Shown here piece by piece: positions 29,452-39,234 of a stretch of 64,000 nucleotides of DNA (within the stretch, counting starts at the first letter, position 1; the number at the start of each line of letters is the position of its first letter). The translations under genes and the position numbers were made by a program. The notes below the pieces were generated by a model. That model saw only the letters and a list, made by a program, of their open reading frames with translations. It was not told the origin of the DNA and did no database searches. The DNA is from an uncultured delta proteobacterium (GTDB lineage Bacteria > Desulfobacterota > Syntrophia > Syntrophales > Smithellaceae), in NCBI GenBank assembly GCA_963753975.1, contig CAVWEH010000005.1, forward strand, positions 704,001 to 768,000, read 5' to 3'.

Positions 29452-30166
29452 ATGGTAAATTTGATTATTGATGACAAAAAAATAGCCGCTCAAAAAAACA
29501 CGATGATCCTGGAAGCCGCCCGTGCCGCCGGAATCGATATACCCACTCTTTGCGCTCATGAGTCGGTTTCCCGTTCGGGCGCCTGCAGACTTTGCGTGGT
29601 GGAAGTGAAAAAAGGGAAACAGGTCTAAGATCGTAACTTCTTGCCTTTATCCGGTGGAAGAAGACATTGTCGTGGAAACAAAAAGTGAGCGGGTCTTAAA
29701 TGTACGCCGTTTGGTGCTGGAATTATTATTGGCCCGGAACCCGGAATCCGACGTCATTGCCGATTTGGCTAAAAAGCTCGGTGTAACGCCTCAGCCTCGA
29801 TTTACTCCGGATACGGATAAAGGCAAATGCATTCTTTGCCGGTCCTGCGTGCGTGTCTGCGAAGAAGTTGTCGGTGTCAGCGCGATCGGATTATCTTGCC
29901 GCGGCTCAGAGAAGAAAGTCGGACCTCCTTATAATGAGGAATCGGCAGTCTGCATCGGCTGCGGCGCCTGCGCCTTTATTTGTCCGACCGGTCATATCGA
30001 AATGGAGACAACCGGGGATAAGAGAATAATTTGGGGACGCACATTTAAAATGCAATCCTGTGACGTTTGCGGCCGCTATTTTGCACCCGTTGATCAGCTA
30101 AAATACATTAGTAAGATAACCGGCGTTCCGTTCAAAGAACTGGCAATTTGCATGGATTGCCGCTGA
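29452..30166 (+). CDS. Short NuoG/HydA N-terminal-like Fe-S subunit without catalytic domain, frameshift near 29620
   Basis: IPTLC...GACRLCVVE continues as IVTSCLYPVEE in another frame; CILCRSCVRVC, CIGCGAC, C-terminal CxxC/CxxC. Confidence 0.85.
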
Positions 30167-30559
30167 CTTTTTTTGTAATTTCCTGTAGATTAGTCAAATG
30201 GTTTCCGCGGCGGCGGATAGGGAAGCCAATTCCCCCAAAGGCTACTCCATCTGTAACGTATATGGACGAAATAGAGTTTATGCCCACCGACAAAAATATC
30301 CTCTTTGGTTATTAGTTTAAGCCGATTGCGGGTAAGGCACCGATCATTGGACCGATTATTGCGATCCGGTGGAGATAGCCGCCTGCGTTGATACGGATTC
30401 TGTATGAATTGTTAGCGCAGGGAGAGAAACTACATTGATGATATCGATAGAAGAGAGAGGCACGCGGTATTCTGATCAGAAGTATGGCCTGCAGAGAGTT
30501 TTTCCTTGACAGGCTGATGATAGTGTTATGTGAAATAAATTTTTCAAAAGGAAAATCGT

Positions 30560-32386
30560 ATGAGCTCATTGTATTTGCTGATTGGTGCATTATGCGTCTT
30601 TGCTTTAGCTTACCGCTACTACGCGGCATTCATCGCGACTAAGGTACTGATGCTGGATGACCGTAATGTCGCACCGTCCATCTCCTGTAACGACGGCCAG
30701 AATTTCGTCCCCACCAACAAGTGGGTTGTCTTCGGCCATCATTTTGCCGCCATCGCCGGAGCGGGCCCTCTGATCGGACCGGTCCTGGCCGCCCAGTACG
30801 GCTGGGGTCCCGGTTTTTTCTGGATTCTGCTGGGCAGTGTCTTTGCCGGTTGCTGTCCATGACATGATCATTCTTTTTGCCTCCTACCGTCACAAAGGCC
30901 AGTCTCTGTCCGTCATTGCCGAAAGAGACGTCAGCAAGCTCACCGGCGGTGTCACGGCAGTCGTCATCCTCTTCATCATTATCGTCGCCCTGGCCGGTCT
31001 CGGCGTGGCCGTGGTGAACGCCCTGTTTAACAATCCCTGGGGCGTCTTTTCCATCGCCATGACGATTCCCATTGCCATGGCCGTCGGCATTTACATGTTC
31101 AAGATCAGACCCGGGGCGATCCTTTCCGGATCCATCGCCGGATTTATTCTGGTCTGCGCCGCCGTTTTCCTGGGGCCCTATATTGCAGACTCCAGTTATG
31201 CCGCCTGGTTTACCTTCAGTAAAGAACGAGGTGTCCGTCATCTTGCCTCTTTACGGCTTCCTGTGCGGCGTCGATTCCCGTCTGGCTCCTCCTCGCCCCC
31301 CGGGACTATCTCAGCACCTTCATGAAGATCGGCGTCATCGCCGCCCTGGCGGTTGGCCTGTTCTTCGTGAATCCCAGTGATCAAGATGCCCTTCACCACC
31401 CAGTTCATGGACGGCGGCGGACCCATCATCCCCGGTCCCTGGTGGCCCTATGTGTTCATTACCATCGCCTGCGGCGCCATTTCCGGATTCCACGCCCTGA
31501 TCGGCTCCGGAACAACGCCAAAGATGATCGAACATGAAACGGAGATTACCATGATCGGCTACGGCGCCATGCTGACCGAAGCTTTGGTCAGCGTCATGGC
31601 CCTGCTCTCCGCCGTCACCCTCAATCCGAGCGACTATTTCGCCATCAATACCTCCGCGGCTGTCTATGCGAAAATTGAAAATGACGGTTGTCGATCTGCC
31701 TGTCCTCAATCAGCTGGTCGGGCTGGATGTAGCCCATCGTCCGGGCGGCGCCATTTCCCTGGCCGTGGGCATGGCCCATGTCTTTGCCAATATCGGCGAG
31801 GGTCTGCGGCACACGATGAAGTACTGGTTCCAGTTCATCATCATGTTCGAGGCGCTGTTTATCCTGACGACCATCGACGCCGGTACCCGCGTGGCCCGCT
31901 ACATCCTCCAGGACATCCTCGGTTATGTCTATAAACCCCTCGAGCCGGAAAGACTGGATTCCCGGTTCTATTTTAACCAGCGCTCTCGTTTCCCTGGCCT
32001 GGGGATACCTGCTCTATACAGGCGACATTTCTTCCATCTGGCCCATGTTCGGCGCCACGAACCAGACACTGGCCTCCCTGGCCCTGGCAATCGGGACCAC
32101 TATCATCCTCAGGATCTCCGCGAAGAAAATCTACGCTCTGATTACGTTTATTCCTTGCGTCTTTGTCACAGTCACCACTTTTGCGGCAGGGATCATGAAC
32201 GTCCAGACCTACCTGGCAAAAAATCAGCTGCTGAATGCCTGGCTGAGTATCGGGATCATCGCTTTGGTGGTCATCATCATTGTGGAAAACATTCGTGTCT
32301 GGCTACGGCTTCTCCGGACAAAACAATCTGCCGGCATGAATGACGGTCGGGAAGTGGTTTATTCGAATGAGGGGATAAAATCTTAA
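30560..32386 (+). pseudogene. cstA: Carbon starvation protein A (pyruvate/peptide transporter), several frameshifts, possibly sequencing errors
   Basis: [44 protein letters not shown] in successive frames. Confidence 0.88.
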
Positions 32387-32532
32387 TCTAAGGGGTGTAA
32401 CAGCTAGCCGTCAGTTGGCCAGCACGTCCCCTATAATTAACAAAGCTATATAAATGATTGTATTGACAAGCAATCAGGCTTTTGTTAAAATTAAATGTAT
32501 CTGTTGAAACAAATAATGATGGGGGGTACATT

Positions 32533-32913
32533 ATGCCTTTAGTCAAACCGGAATTTATTGAATATAATGGGAAAAAAATTCTTCACTTGAATTTTGTCAA
32601 TATGGCCAAGCAGGATATACCCGTTTTTTTGGAGGAAGCAAAAAAATTAGTCCTGCCCAATCCTCCCGGTTCGGTTCTCTTTTTAGCCAATGTATATAAA
32701 ATGAGCTTTGATAAAGCGACGGTTAAAAATTTTGTGGAATTTTTTAAATCTAACAGGCCATTTGTGAAAAGAACAGCCGTAATCGGTTTGGATTCTATAA
32801 AGAAAATGTTGTATGAAGCCTCTCTCGTTCTTTCCGGCAGAAAATCTGAAAATACCAGAGTATTTGACGGTCCTAATGCTGAATCAAAAGCGAAAGACTG
32901 GCTGATAATGTAA
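32533..32913 (+). CDS. Hypothetical protein (STAS/SEC14-like small alpha/beta fold)
   Basis: FIEYNGKKIL ... AVIGL ... AKDWL pattern; G-rich RBS. Confidence 0.65.
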   Translation: MPLVKPEFIEYNGKKILHLNFVNMAKQDIPVFLEEAKKLVLPNPPGSVLFLANVYKMSFDKATVKNFVEFFKSNRPFVKRTAVIGLDSIKKMLYEASLVLSGRKSENTRVFDGPNAESKAKDWLIM

Positions 32914-33037
32914 TCCAGAACTTCCCTTCAGATAATATACATCCATGAAGCGTTTTTGCAAAAAAACGCCCCCTAGCTGTTACTGCTGCACAGGAAAAAC
33001 ATCCGTTTTATAACTACTGCTGATTAGACGGTACACA

Positions 33038-33244
33038 CTACTTTCTATAAAGCGTCACCGCGCCCAACACGGTGCAGACAGCTCCGGCAATCAAAAAGAT
33101 CATAGTTTCATTTGATGATGATCCGGTGAAAGTTCTGACGAGTTTATTGCCGAACGCGCCATAAAGATTAATGCCCCAGAGGAGAAGGCCGATACCCACG
33201 ACCAGCAGGATTATGCCTATTTTACTGGAATTATTTTTTGCCAT
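33038..33244 (-). CDS. Small 2-TM membrane protein (DUF3185-like)
   Basis: IGIILLVVGIGLL.WG ... FTGS...ETM...GAV. Confidence 0.7.
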   Translation of the reverse strand: MAKNNSSKIGIILLVVGIGLLLWGINLYGAFGNKLVRTFTGSSSNETMIFLIAGAVCTVLGAVTLYRK

Positions 33245-33475
33245 GTGATCCCTCCTATGTTAATTAATCATGGATAAAAACTCAACAGCTGACCTTTTTA
33301 GTTTCCAAATAGGCTGGTTGCAGAAGCTCCAATTTTTTGTTTTTACAGTTACGTTGCAAGCTAACTTTATCGTATCCCAGTGACTTTTTTTGCCGTGGTT
33401 CGGTAATTCTGTTTCCATTTGAAGAAATTACTACTGGAGTAAGAGCAGCAAGAGGAATAATCGGTCGTAAAAAAG

Positions 33476-33685
33476 CTATTTAGGGTTATATTTAAAAGAT
33501 ACTCTCAATTTTGCCCGATATTCGACAACTTTGCCTTTTTCGATTCTCATATCAAGATCTTTTACTTCGGCGACTCTCAAGTCCTCCAGGCTTTGCGCCG
33601 ACAATTCAACAGCTTTTTTGGCTGCATCTTCCCATGATTTTTCGCTACTGCCGATAATTTCAATCACCTTATAAATGCTGCTCAT
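33476..33685 (-). CDS. Dodecin family protein
   Basis: YKVIEIIGSS..SWEDA...LRVAEV...YRAKLRVSFK. Confidence 0.9.
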   Translation of the reverse strand: MSSIYKVIEIIGSSEKSWEDAAKKAVELSAQSLEDLRVAEVKDLDMRIEKGKVVEYRAKLRVSFKYNPK

Positions 33686-33764
33686 AAATGTCTCCTTTCT
33701 TTTTGCATTGAATTCAAAATAATTAATTACTTAATAACCCGATTTCTCCCGATACTTGGCAGAA

Positions 33765-33793
33765 AGTATAAGAAGAATGGCTTCGCAAGTCAA
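33765..33793 (-). promoter_or_regulatory. Sigma70 promoter of the dodecin gene
   Basis: TTGACT-N17-TATACT on the minus strand. Confidence 0.65.
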
Positions 33794-33845
33794 TGAAAAA
33801 AAGGCCATCCAACATATTGAAAATATTCAAGAAAATTGTTTCCAT

Positions 33846-34009
33846 AGGCGGAATTACCATCGATTGTTTACATTGAGCCGTCCAGCTCATCGGCCGCCGG
33901 GGACTTGCAGTGCCGGCAACGCTGCGCTCCTCTATACAGGGGCTTGCAGCGGAAAAAGTAATACCTTCCATATCACTTATTCCTTGATGGTTTAGGGAAA
34001 TTACCGCCT
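33846..34009. other. Multi-hairpin structured intergenic element (sRNA or MITE)
   Basis: Closing stem AGGCGG-AATT-ACCATC / GATGGT...AATT-A-CCGCCT enclosing four hairpins. Confidence 0.5.
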
Positions 34010-34022
34010 GCAAACATTTTTT

Positions 34023-34328
34023 CTATTTCTTTTCCTTAATACCGGCCAGATCCTCGTAGATATCGATAACCGGAGAACCGTCGAGCAGGGGGCCGATCTT
34101 TCCGAAAAGCTCCGTGAAATAAGGGGTTGAGCTGTGTTCTTTCAGCGCTTCCTTATCCTGATACTTTTCATAGAAGAGAAACTTTCCCGGCTCTTTTTTC
34201 GCCCGGTGAAGGGTGTAGGCGAGAGTGCCTTTTTCCGCTTCCACCTTGGGGATTATCTCTCTCAGCGTCTTTTCCATCTCCTGCTCCATTCCCGTCTTTG
34301 CCTTCATGACTGCAACAACTACCAGCAT
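34023..34328 (-). CDS. Antibiotic biosynthesis monooxygenase (putative quinol monooxygenase) family protein
   Basis: E.GTLAYTLH...FLFYEKY.D..AL..H..TPYF. Confidence 0.85.
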   Translation of the reverse strand: MLVVVAVMKAKTGMEQEMEKTLREIIPKVEAEKGTLAYTLHRAKKEPGKFLFYEKYQDKEALKEHSSTPYFTELFGKIGPLLDGSPVIDIYEDLAGIKEKK

Positions 34329-34438
34329 TTTTGCCTCCTTAAATTAGCCTGTTTGAACTCCCATCGCCAACACTGACTTATACACCTTCATCCAAAAGCG
34401 ATAGAATTTGTATCTGCTAAGATTGTTTACTGAAAAGA

Positions 34439-34467
34439 AGTATAAGAAGGACGAACTTGCCTGTCAA
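34439..34467 (-). promoter_or_regulatory. Sigma70 promoter of the monooxygenase gene
   Basis: TTGACA-N17-TATACT on the minus strand. Confidence 0.7.
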
Positions 34468-34671
34468 TGAAATTGTGGCCGCAATAAGTGGTGAATTGCT
34501 TCATTGACATCATTGATGATTAATTTTGCGCCTTCCTCGGCACAGCGCAAAGAAAACGAACGCGCTCATCACCTTGTCTTTTAATTGACCGTCTCTTCAG
34601 TATTGTTCCTCTATAATAACTATGATATGTTATATTCCACGCTAATAAAAAGTCCGAGAAAGGGATAGAAA

Positions 34672-35466
34672 ATGAATCTCTCACAGTTTTCTCTGGAAGG
34701 GAAGGTAGCCCTGATAACCGGCGGGAGCCGCGGCATAGGACGGGCCAGCGCTTTAGCGCTGGCCGACGCCGGCGCCAATGTTGTGGTGAGCAGTCGAAAA
34801 ATAGCCGATCTCGAACCGGTGGCTGACGAAATAAGAGCCAAGGGCGTCAAATCGATGGCGATAGCGGCCCACAATGCCAGGATGGAAGACTCCCGGACAT
34901 TGATCGAACAGGTCATAAAAGCATTCGGGAAAATAGATATTCTCATGAACAACGCGGGAACGAACCCCTACTATGGCCCGCTCATGGACCAGGATGAAAA
35001 GACTTATGACATAACTATGAATGTCAATCTGAAAGGTCTTTTCTTTCTGAGTCAGCTCGCGGCTCGAACCATGAAGGCTGAGGGCGGAGGATGCATTATC
35101 AATACATCGTCTATCGGCGGTTTGAGGGCCGGTGAGCTGGGCGTGTATTCCGTCACCAAGGCCGCCGTTATTATGCTCACCCAGGTTATGGCCAAGGAGT
35201 GGGGACAGTACAATATCAGAGTGAATGCCATTGCACCGGGGATTATCAAGACACGTCTCAGCGAGGCTCTGTGGAAAGACCCGAAGGTTAACGCGAAAGC
35301 GATTGCCCAGATTCCCATGATGCGGCTCGGCGAACCGGAAGAAATCGCGGGTGCGGTCGTGTTTCTGGCCTCTAAAGCAGGAAGCTACATCACGGGAGAA
35401 ACGCTCGTGATCGACGGCGGCCGCGTCCACGGCGAGCCGGCGCATTTGAAAAAGCAACAATCTTGA
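34672..35466 (+). CDS. SDR oxidoreductase (DHRS4/FabG-like)
   Basis: TGGSRGIG, NNAGTNP, YSVTK, IRVNAIAPG. Confidence 0.9.
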   Translation: MNLSQFSLEGKVALITGGSRGIGRASALALADAGANVVVSSRKIADLEPVADEIRAKGVKSMAIAAHNARMEDSRTLIEQVIKAFGKIDILMNNAGTNPYYGPLMDQDEKTYDITMNVNLKGLFFLSQLAARTMKAEGGGCIINTSSIGGLRAGELGVYSVTKAAVIMLTQVMAKEWGQYNIRVNAIAPGIIKTRLSEALWKDPKVNAKAIAQIPMMRLGEPEEIAGAVVFLASKAGSYITGETLVIDGGRVHGEPAHLKKQQS

Positions 35467-35502
35467 TATAGATGTTATAATTTTTGGAAAGGAGAAATTG
35501 TT

Positions 35503-35808
35503 ATGCCAGTGAAAAAAACGGTCCAGAACATTTTCGATATGGGAATTGAGCTTTCCAAGAAAACGTATGAAAAAGCGAAGGAATTGGGAGAAATAGGGCT
35601 TATTCAGGTGGAAATTATAATGCTACAACACAAGATGGCGAAAAAAATCGGCCAGCTCGGAACACTAACATATAATCACTTATTAAAAGAAAAAGCGGTT
35701 CTACGAAAAGATACCAAAGGAGTGCCCGCCATATTGAAAGAACTAAAGGCTACAGAACAAAAAATTAAGCAAAAAGAAAAGGAATTGAAAAATAAGAATG
35801 TTAAATAA
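35503..35808 (+). CDS. Hypothetical helical protein
   Basis: AAGGAG RBS, 101-aa ORF. Confidence 0.65.
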   Translation: MPVKKTVQNIFDMGIELSKKTYEKAKELGEIGLIQVEIIMLQHKMAKKIGQLGTLTYNHLLKEKAVLRKDTKGVPAILKELKATEQKIKQKEKELKNKNVK

Positions 35809-35833
35809 TATTCGGCCGGGTTTTATTTTTCCA

Positions 35834-35890
35834 GCACCGGATTGCCACGCTCTGTGCCGGGCGGATGCCGGGTGAGCGGCAATCCGGTGC
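35834..35890. repeat. GC-rich hairpin between convergent genes
   Basis: 13-bp perfect IR GCACCGGATTGCC / GGCAATCCGGTGC. Confidence 0.6.
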
Positions 35891-36025
35891 CTTCTTGAGC
35901 CGTTTCAAAAAAATCCGACTGAATTTGAGAGGTAATGCAAAGAAATATATCCGAACCTTACCCACTCTTTTTCATTTTTCCAATTTCAAGTTTCAACGTT
36001 ATAAATCGCAGCTATGAGCGTTTGA

Positions 36026-36565
36026 TCATTGAGCCCCTTGTCCGGCAACAAACCCTTTGGAGGGCGGCCCCGTGTCAGCCGGTGTGCCCGCAATCTGGGC
36101 AAGGTAGGCGGCGCCCAGTCTCTTGATGTGATCGCTCACGTTGTCGAAATAATTGAAGTGGATCTGTTCCTCGTCGGTGATGGTCTCAAAAAGCTTCATG
36201 CTGATGCTGTCGCCGTTTTCCCGGCAAACAAGAAGGAACTGATTGTAGGCGGCGATGGTATCGTCTTCCAGTTTTGCATCAAAGGGAAAAACGACTTCAA
36301 TCTTCTGTGCCTTTTCGACCTGGCCGTCGAACCCGGCGGCCGGTTCGCCGTTCAGTTCCTTGATACGCTCCGCAAACATTTCCGCGTGGCGCATCTCGTC
36401 AATCGCGATGAGCTTCACTTTGGCCGCCAGATCGCCGTAATCCATATCGGCAAGGTTATAATGCTGATTCATGTATTGGTAAATGGCCAAAAGCTCCATA
36501 GACCTCGCTTTGTTCAAAACCTCAATAACCTTTTCTTTTTTCTGTGCGCTCGAAGTTTTTTCCAT
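36026..36565 (-). CDS. bfr: Bacterioferritin (Desulfovibrio type)
   Basis: E..AI.QY, IDEMRHAE, DEEQIH ferroxidase motifs. Confidence 0.9.
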   Translation of the reverse strand: MEKTSSAQKKEKVIEVLNKARSMELLAIYQYMNQHYNLADMDYGDLAAKVKLIAIDEMRHAEMFAERIKELNGEPAAGFDGQVEKAQKIEVVFPFDAKLEDDTIAAYNQFLLVCRENGDSISMKLFETITDEEQIHFNYFDNVSDHIKRLGAAYLAQIAGTPADTGPPSKGFVAGQGAQ

Positions 36566-36860
36566 ATAAAACCTCCCTTAGTTAAACATAGACTTGTACT
36601 GGAAAAGTTGATAATTATTATATTCATTCTTGAGCCGATTTACCATAGCGCAAAACAATTTCTCTTTCTACATTTTCTTAATGTGCCGAGAGGGGGAAGC
36701 CGGTTTTTGAACTGGCCTGTTTTCGTTTCTTAACGAACAACGGGAGAGACAGAGCAGGCAAGGCTTTTCATTAGACTATCTCTGATTAGTTACAGCCAAC
36801 GTCAATTTACTTTCTTAACAGTATTTCCCAAATTACTCACATGAAGAAATAACTGATTAA

Positions 36861-38040
36861 TTAATAACCCAAAACGACTTTTTTCCCCAACAAGGATGAC
36901 TTGCCCAGGGTAATCTTAAAATATTCCAGCATCAATTCTTCAATGATTTGTTCTTTAGGGGTGTTGGCATAGGAGTCTTGTTTTTTTATTTCGTTTATTT
37001 CTATTTTACCGCTCAGAACGGCCAGGGATTGTCGAGCCTGCTGCAAGGCGGTATATCTTTCAACTAAATCATTTTGTGGTAAGGCTGAAAGCCGTTGATA
37101 AGTCGAGACTATCTGATTTGGCGCGGGCAAGTTTGGCGATTCCAGGATTGTTTTTGAATTTTTGGCATATCGTTTCATTCCCTTGATGATATGCCTCGTC
37201 TGGACAAAATTGATCCCGGACCAGCCAGCCCGAATCCATTGAAAAATTCCGGTTCTGACCATGGACGGCGAAGAGCCGGACTCGACATGAACTACCACCG
37301 AAAAATAGTCATAGATGTAGGATTTAACCCAGCCCAGGCCTGCTTTGGCCGAGCCGGGTTCGCCCGAATAATAGTAATTCCAATCGTCATCATTCCCCAG
37401 AATGACGCCCTTTTTACCGACGTCGGATATATCAATCTGTTTGGAAATGGAAATAAGCACCTGCCGTCCTTTATGATTGAGAAGGATGAGCGTTCTTTTC
37501 AGATTGTATTCATAGTAGACGCCGGTGGTGAGGTCCGGAGTGATTGCCGTCGCGTTGTAATCCGCGAATGATGACAGGCTTGACCATCCGGTGGGACCAA
37601 TTTCCATCTGCCGGGCATTTTTTGTGATTCCCCTCGGAGGCCGGTCCATAGGGAATAGCGCAGAGAAGACGGGACTTGTGAGAACCGATGGAATTTGTTG
37701 ACTATAGGAGTATTGCAGAAAACTGCACGAAGTTGATTCTGGTATCGAATTCATAATAGGCACCGGAGGCTTCCTGGAGTTTGGGGAGATCGGCTTCCTC
37801 ATTGGACTTAGGCCCGAGAACGTAATCCACGAGGACAGCGACGGCCTGGGCATCGAGCCCAACTTTAGGATCAGCGCAGAACTGCACAAGTTTCATTGCC
37901 GCAGCGGGGATGGGGCTGGAACTGTCCGCGAGAGAAAGGGCCAGAGCCGGTTGATGCTGAAATATTGTCAGTAGTGAAATCATCAAGGCTGTCGACAGCC
38001 AGCGGAAGCCGGAGGAGAGGTTTGTTGTTTTTATTTTCAT
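36861..38040 (-). CDS. Hypothetical exported protein, frameshift near 37720
   Basis: Signal-peptide ORF 38040-37702 continues into ORF ending at 36861. Confidence 0.6.
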
Positions 38041-38250
38041 CGTCTGCCTTGCTTAGTCGAGTACGCCGGTCTTTCCCAATACTGTATGTTTAATTGCACC
38101 GTCCGGCACCCGGCGATGCCGCAGTATTTCCATCATCTATCTGTTGCCGCTGGTTATCTACTACAGGACTGCAGACGACCGCATTTGCCTATTCCATATC
38201 ATACTTATGGAGTAAATACCATCAATAATAGCCTGTCTGAAAAACTCTTA

Positions 38251-39012
38251 TTATTCCAATCGGTAAGGCTCAGCGGCATCAGGCCAGTCAAATAATACGG
38301 CAGCATTAGAAGTAATATCTCGAAGAATAAAAATATAGGAATCAATATTTTCCGCGGCATCCATTATGGGTTGAACATTTAGAGAGAATATGCCCGGTTT
38401 GCCCATATCGTGGCTTTTTACAATAAAATAGTTGCTGGTTTGATAAGGATATACATCTTTTTTAAACATTGTTTTTAGATGGGTTAAAAGATTTCCCGGG
38501 TCTTCTTTAATTCCTAAAAAATCTTTTGCCTTAAAATTGGTAACAATAGGCGTAAAGGTAGTGTCAGTAATTATTATTCCCTCGTCCAGTCTATCAACGA
38601 TATTCAATAATTTACGTTTTTCAAATGTTTGATTTCTTAAAGAAGAGAGTTTAATTTGAGACTCTATTTTAGCGACCAGTTCATCGACATCAAAAGGTTT
38701 GCTGATGAAATCATCAGCGCCTAATTGCAGGCCTTTAAGCCGATTTTCCTTATCAGCCAAGGCTGTAATGATAATGACAGGTAAAGACTGCAGTTTCTTA
38801 TTCCCGCGAATGTTTTTCAAAACATCAAAACCGGATATTCCCGGCATCATAATGTCCAACAAAACTAAATCCACTGACGCATTTTTCAATATTTCCAGGG
38901 CATCTTCCCCATTTTCCGCTTTTAAAACATTATACCCTTTATATTTGAGAAGCCCAAAATAGAATTCTCTATTCATTTTTTCATCATCGATAGCCAGAAT
39001 AGTTTCTCCCAT
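38251..39012 (-). CDS. Response regulator receiver plus PAS-like domain
   Basis: IDDE, LLDIMMP, GADDFISKPF; C-terminal LDEGIIITD. Confidence 0.88.
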   Translation of the reverse strand: MGETILAIDDEKMNREFYFGLLKYKGYNVLKAENGEDALEILKNASVDLVLLDIMMPGISGFDVLKNIRGNKKLQSLPVIIITALADKENRLKGLQLGADDFISKPFDVDELVAKIESQIKLSSLRNQTFEKRKLLNIVDRLDEGIIITDTTFTPIVTNFKAKDFLGIKEDPGNLLTHLKTMFKKDVYPYQTSNYFIVKSHDMGKPGIFSLNVQPIMDAAENIDSYIFILRDITSNAAVLFDWPDAAEPYRLE

Positions 39013-39071
39013 TCCTGATGCCTCCGGGTTTTATAAGAGCATATACTTGTTTTTCCAATTTATCAGGACGA

Positions 39072-39100
39072 ATTATAAGAAGAACTCACTTGCATGTCAA
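39072..39100 (-). promoter_or_regulatory. Consensus sigma70 promoter of the response regulator
   Basis: TTGACA-N17-TATAAT on the minus strand. Confidence 0.75.
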
Positions 39101-39234
39101 TGGAATAATAGCAGTAACATAGGGGTATTATGCTCTGATGTTTGTATTCAGGTATATGATGTTTCCATATTTTCACTTGAAATACCCGGCAACCTGACTT
39201 ATAAGCGGGCAGTCTTTTTTTCTGGGGAGGATTA

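Noticed and set aside
33870..33955. Twister-sister ribozyme or lysine riboswitch (TGCAAGT loop, multi-way junction)
   Set aside because: Core consensus positions do not match; kept only as an unknown structure
36607..36628. Fur/PerR box upstream of bfr
   Set aside because: Only a partial match in very AT-rich DNA
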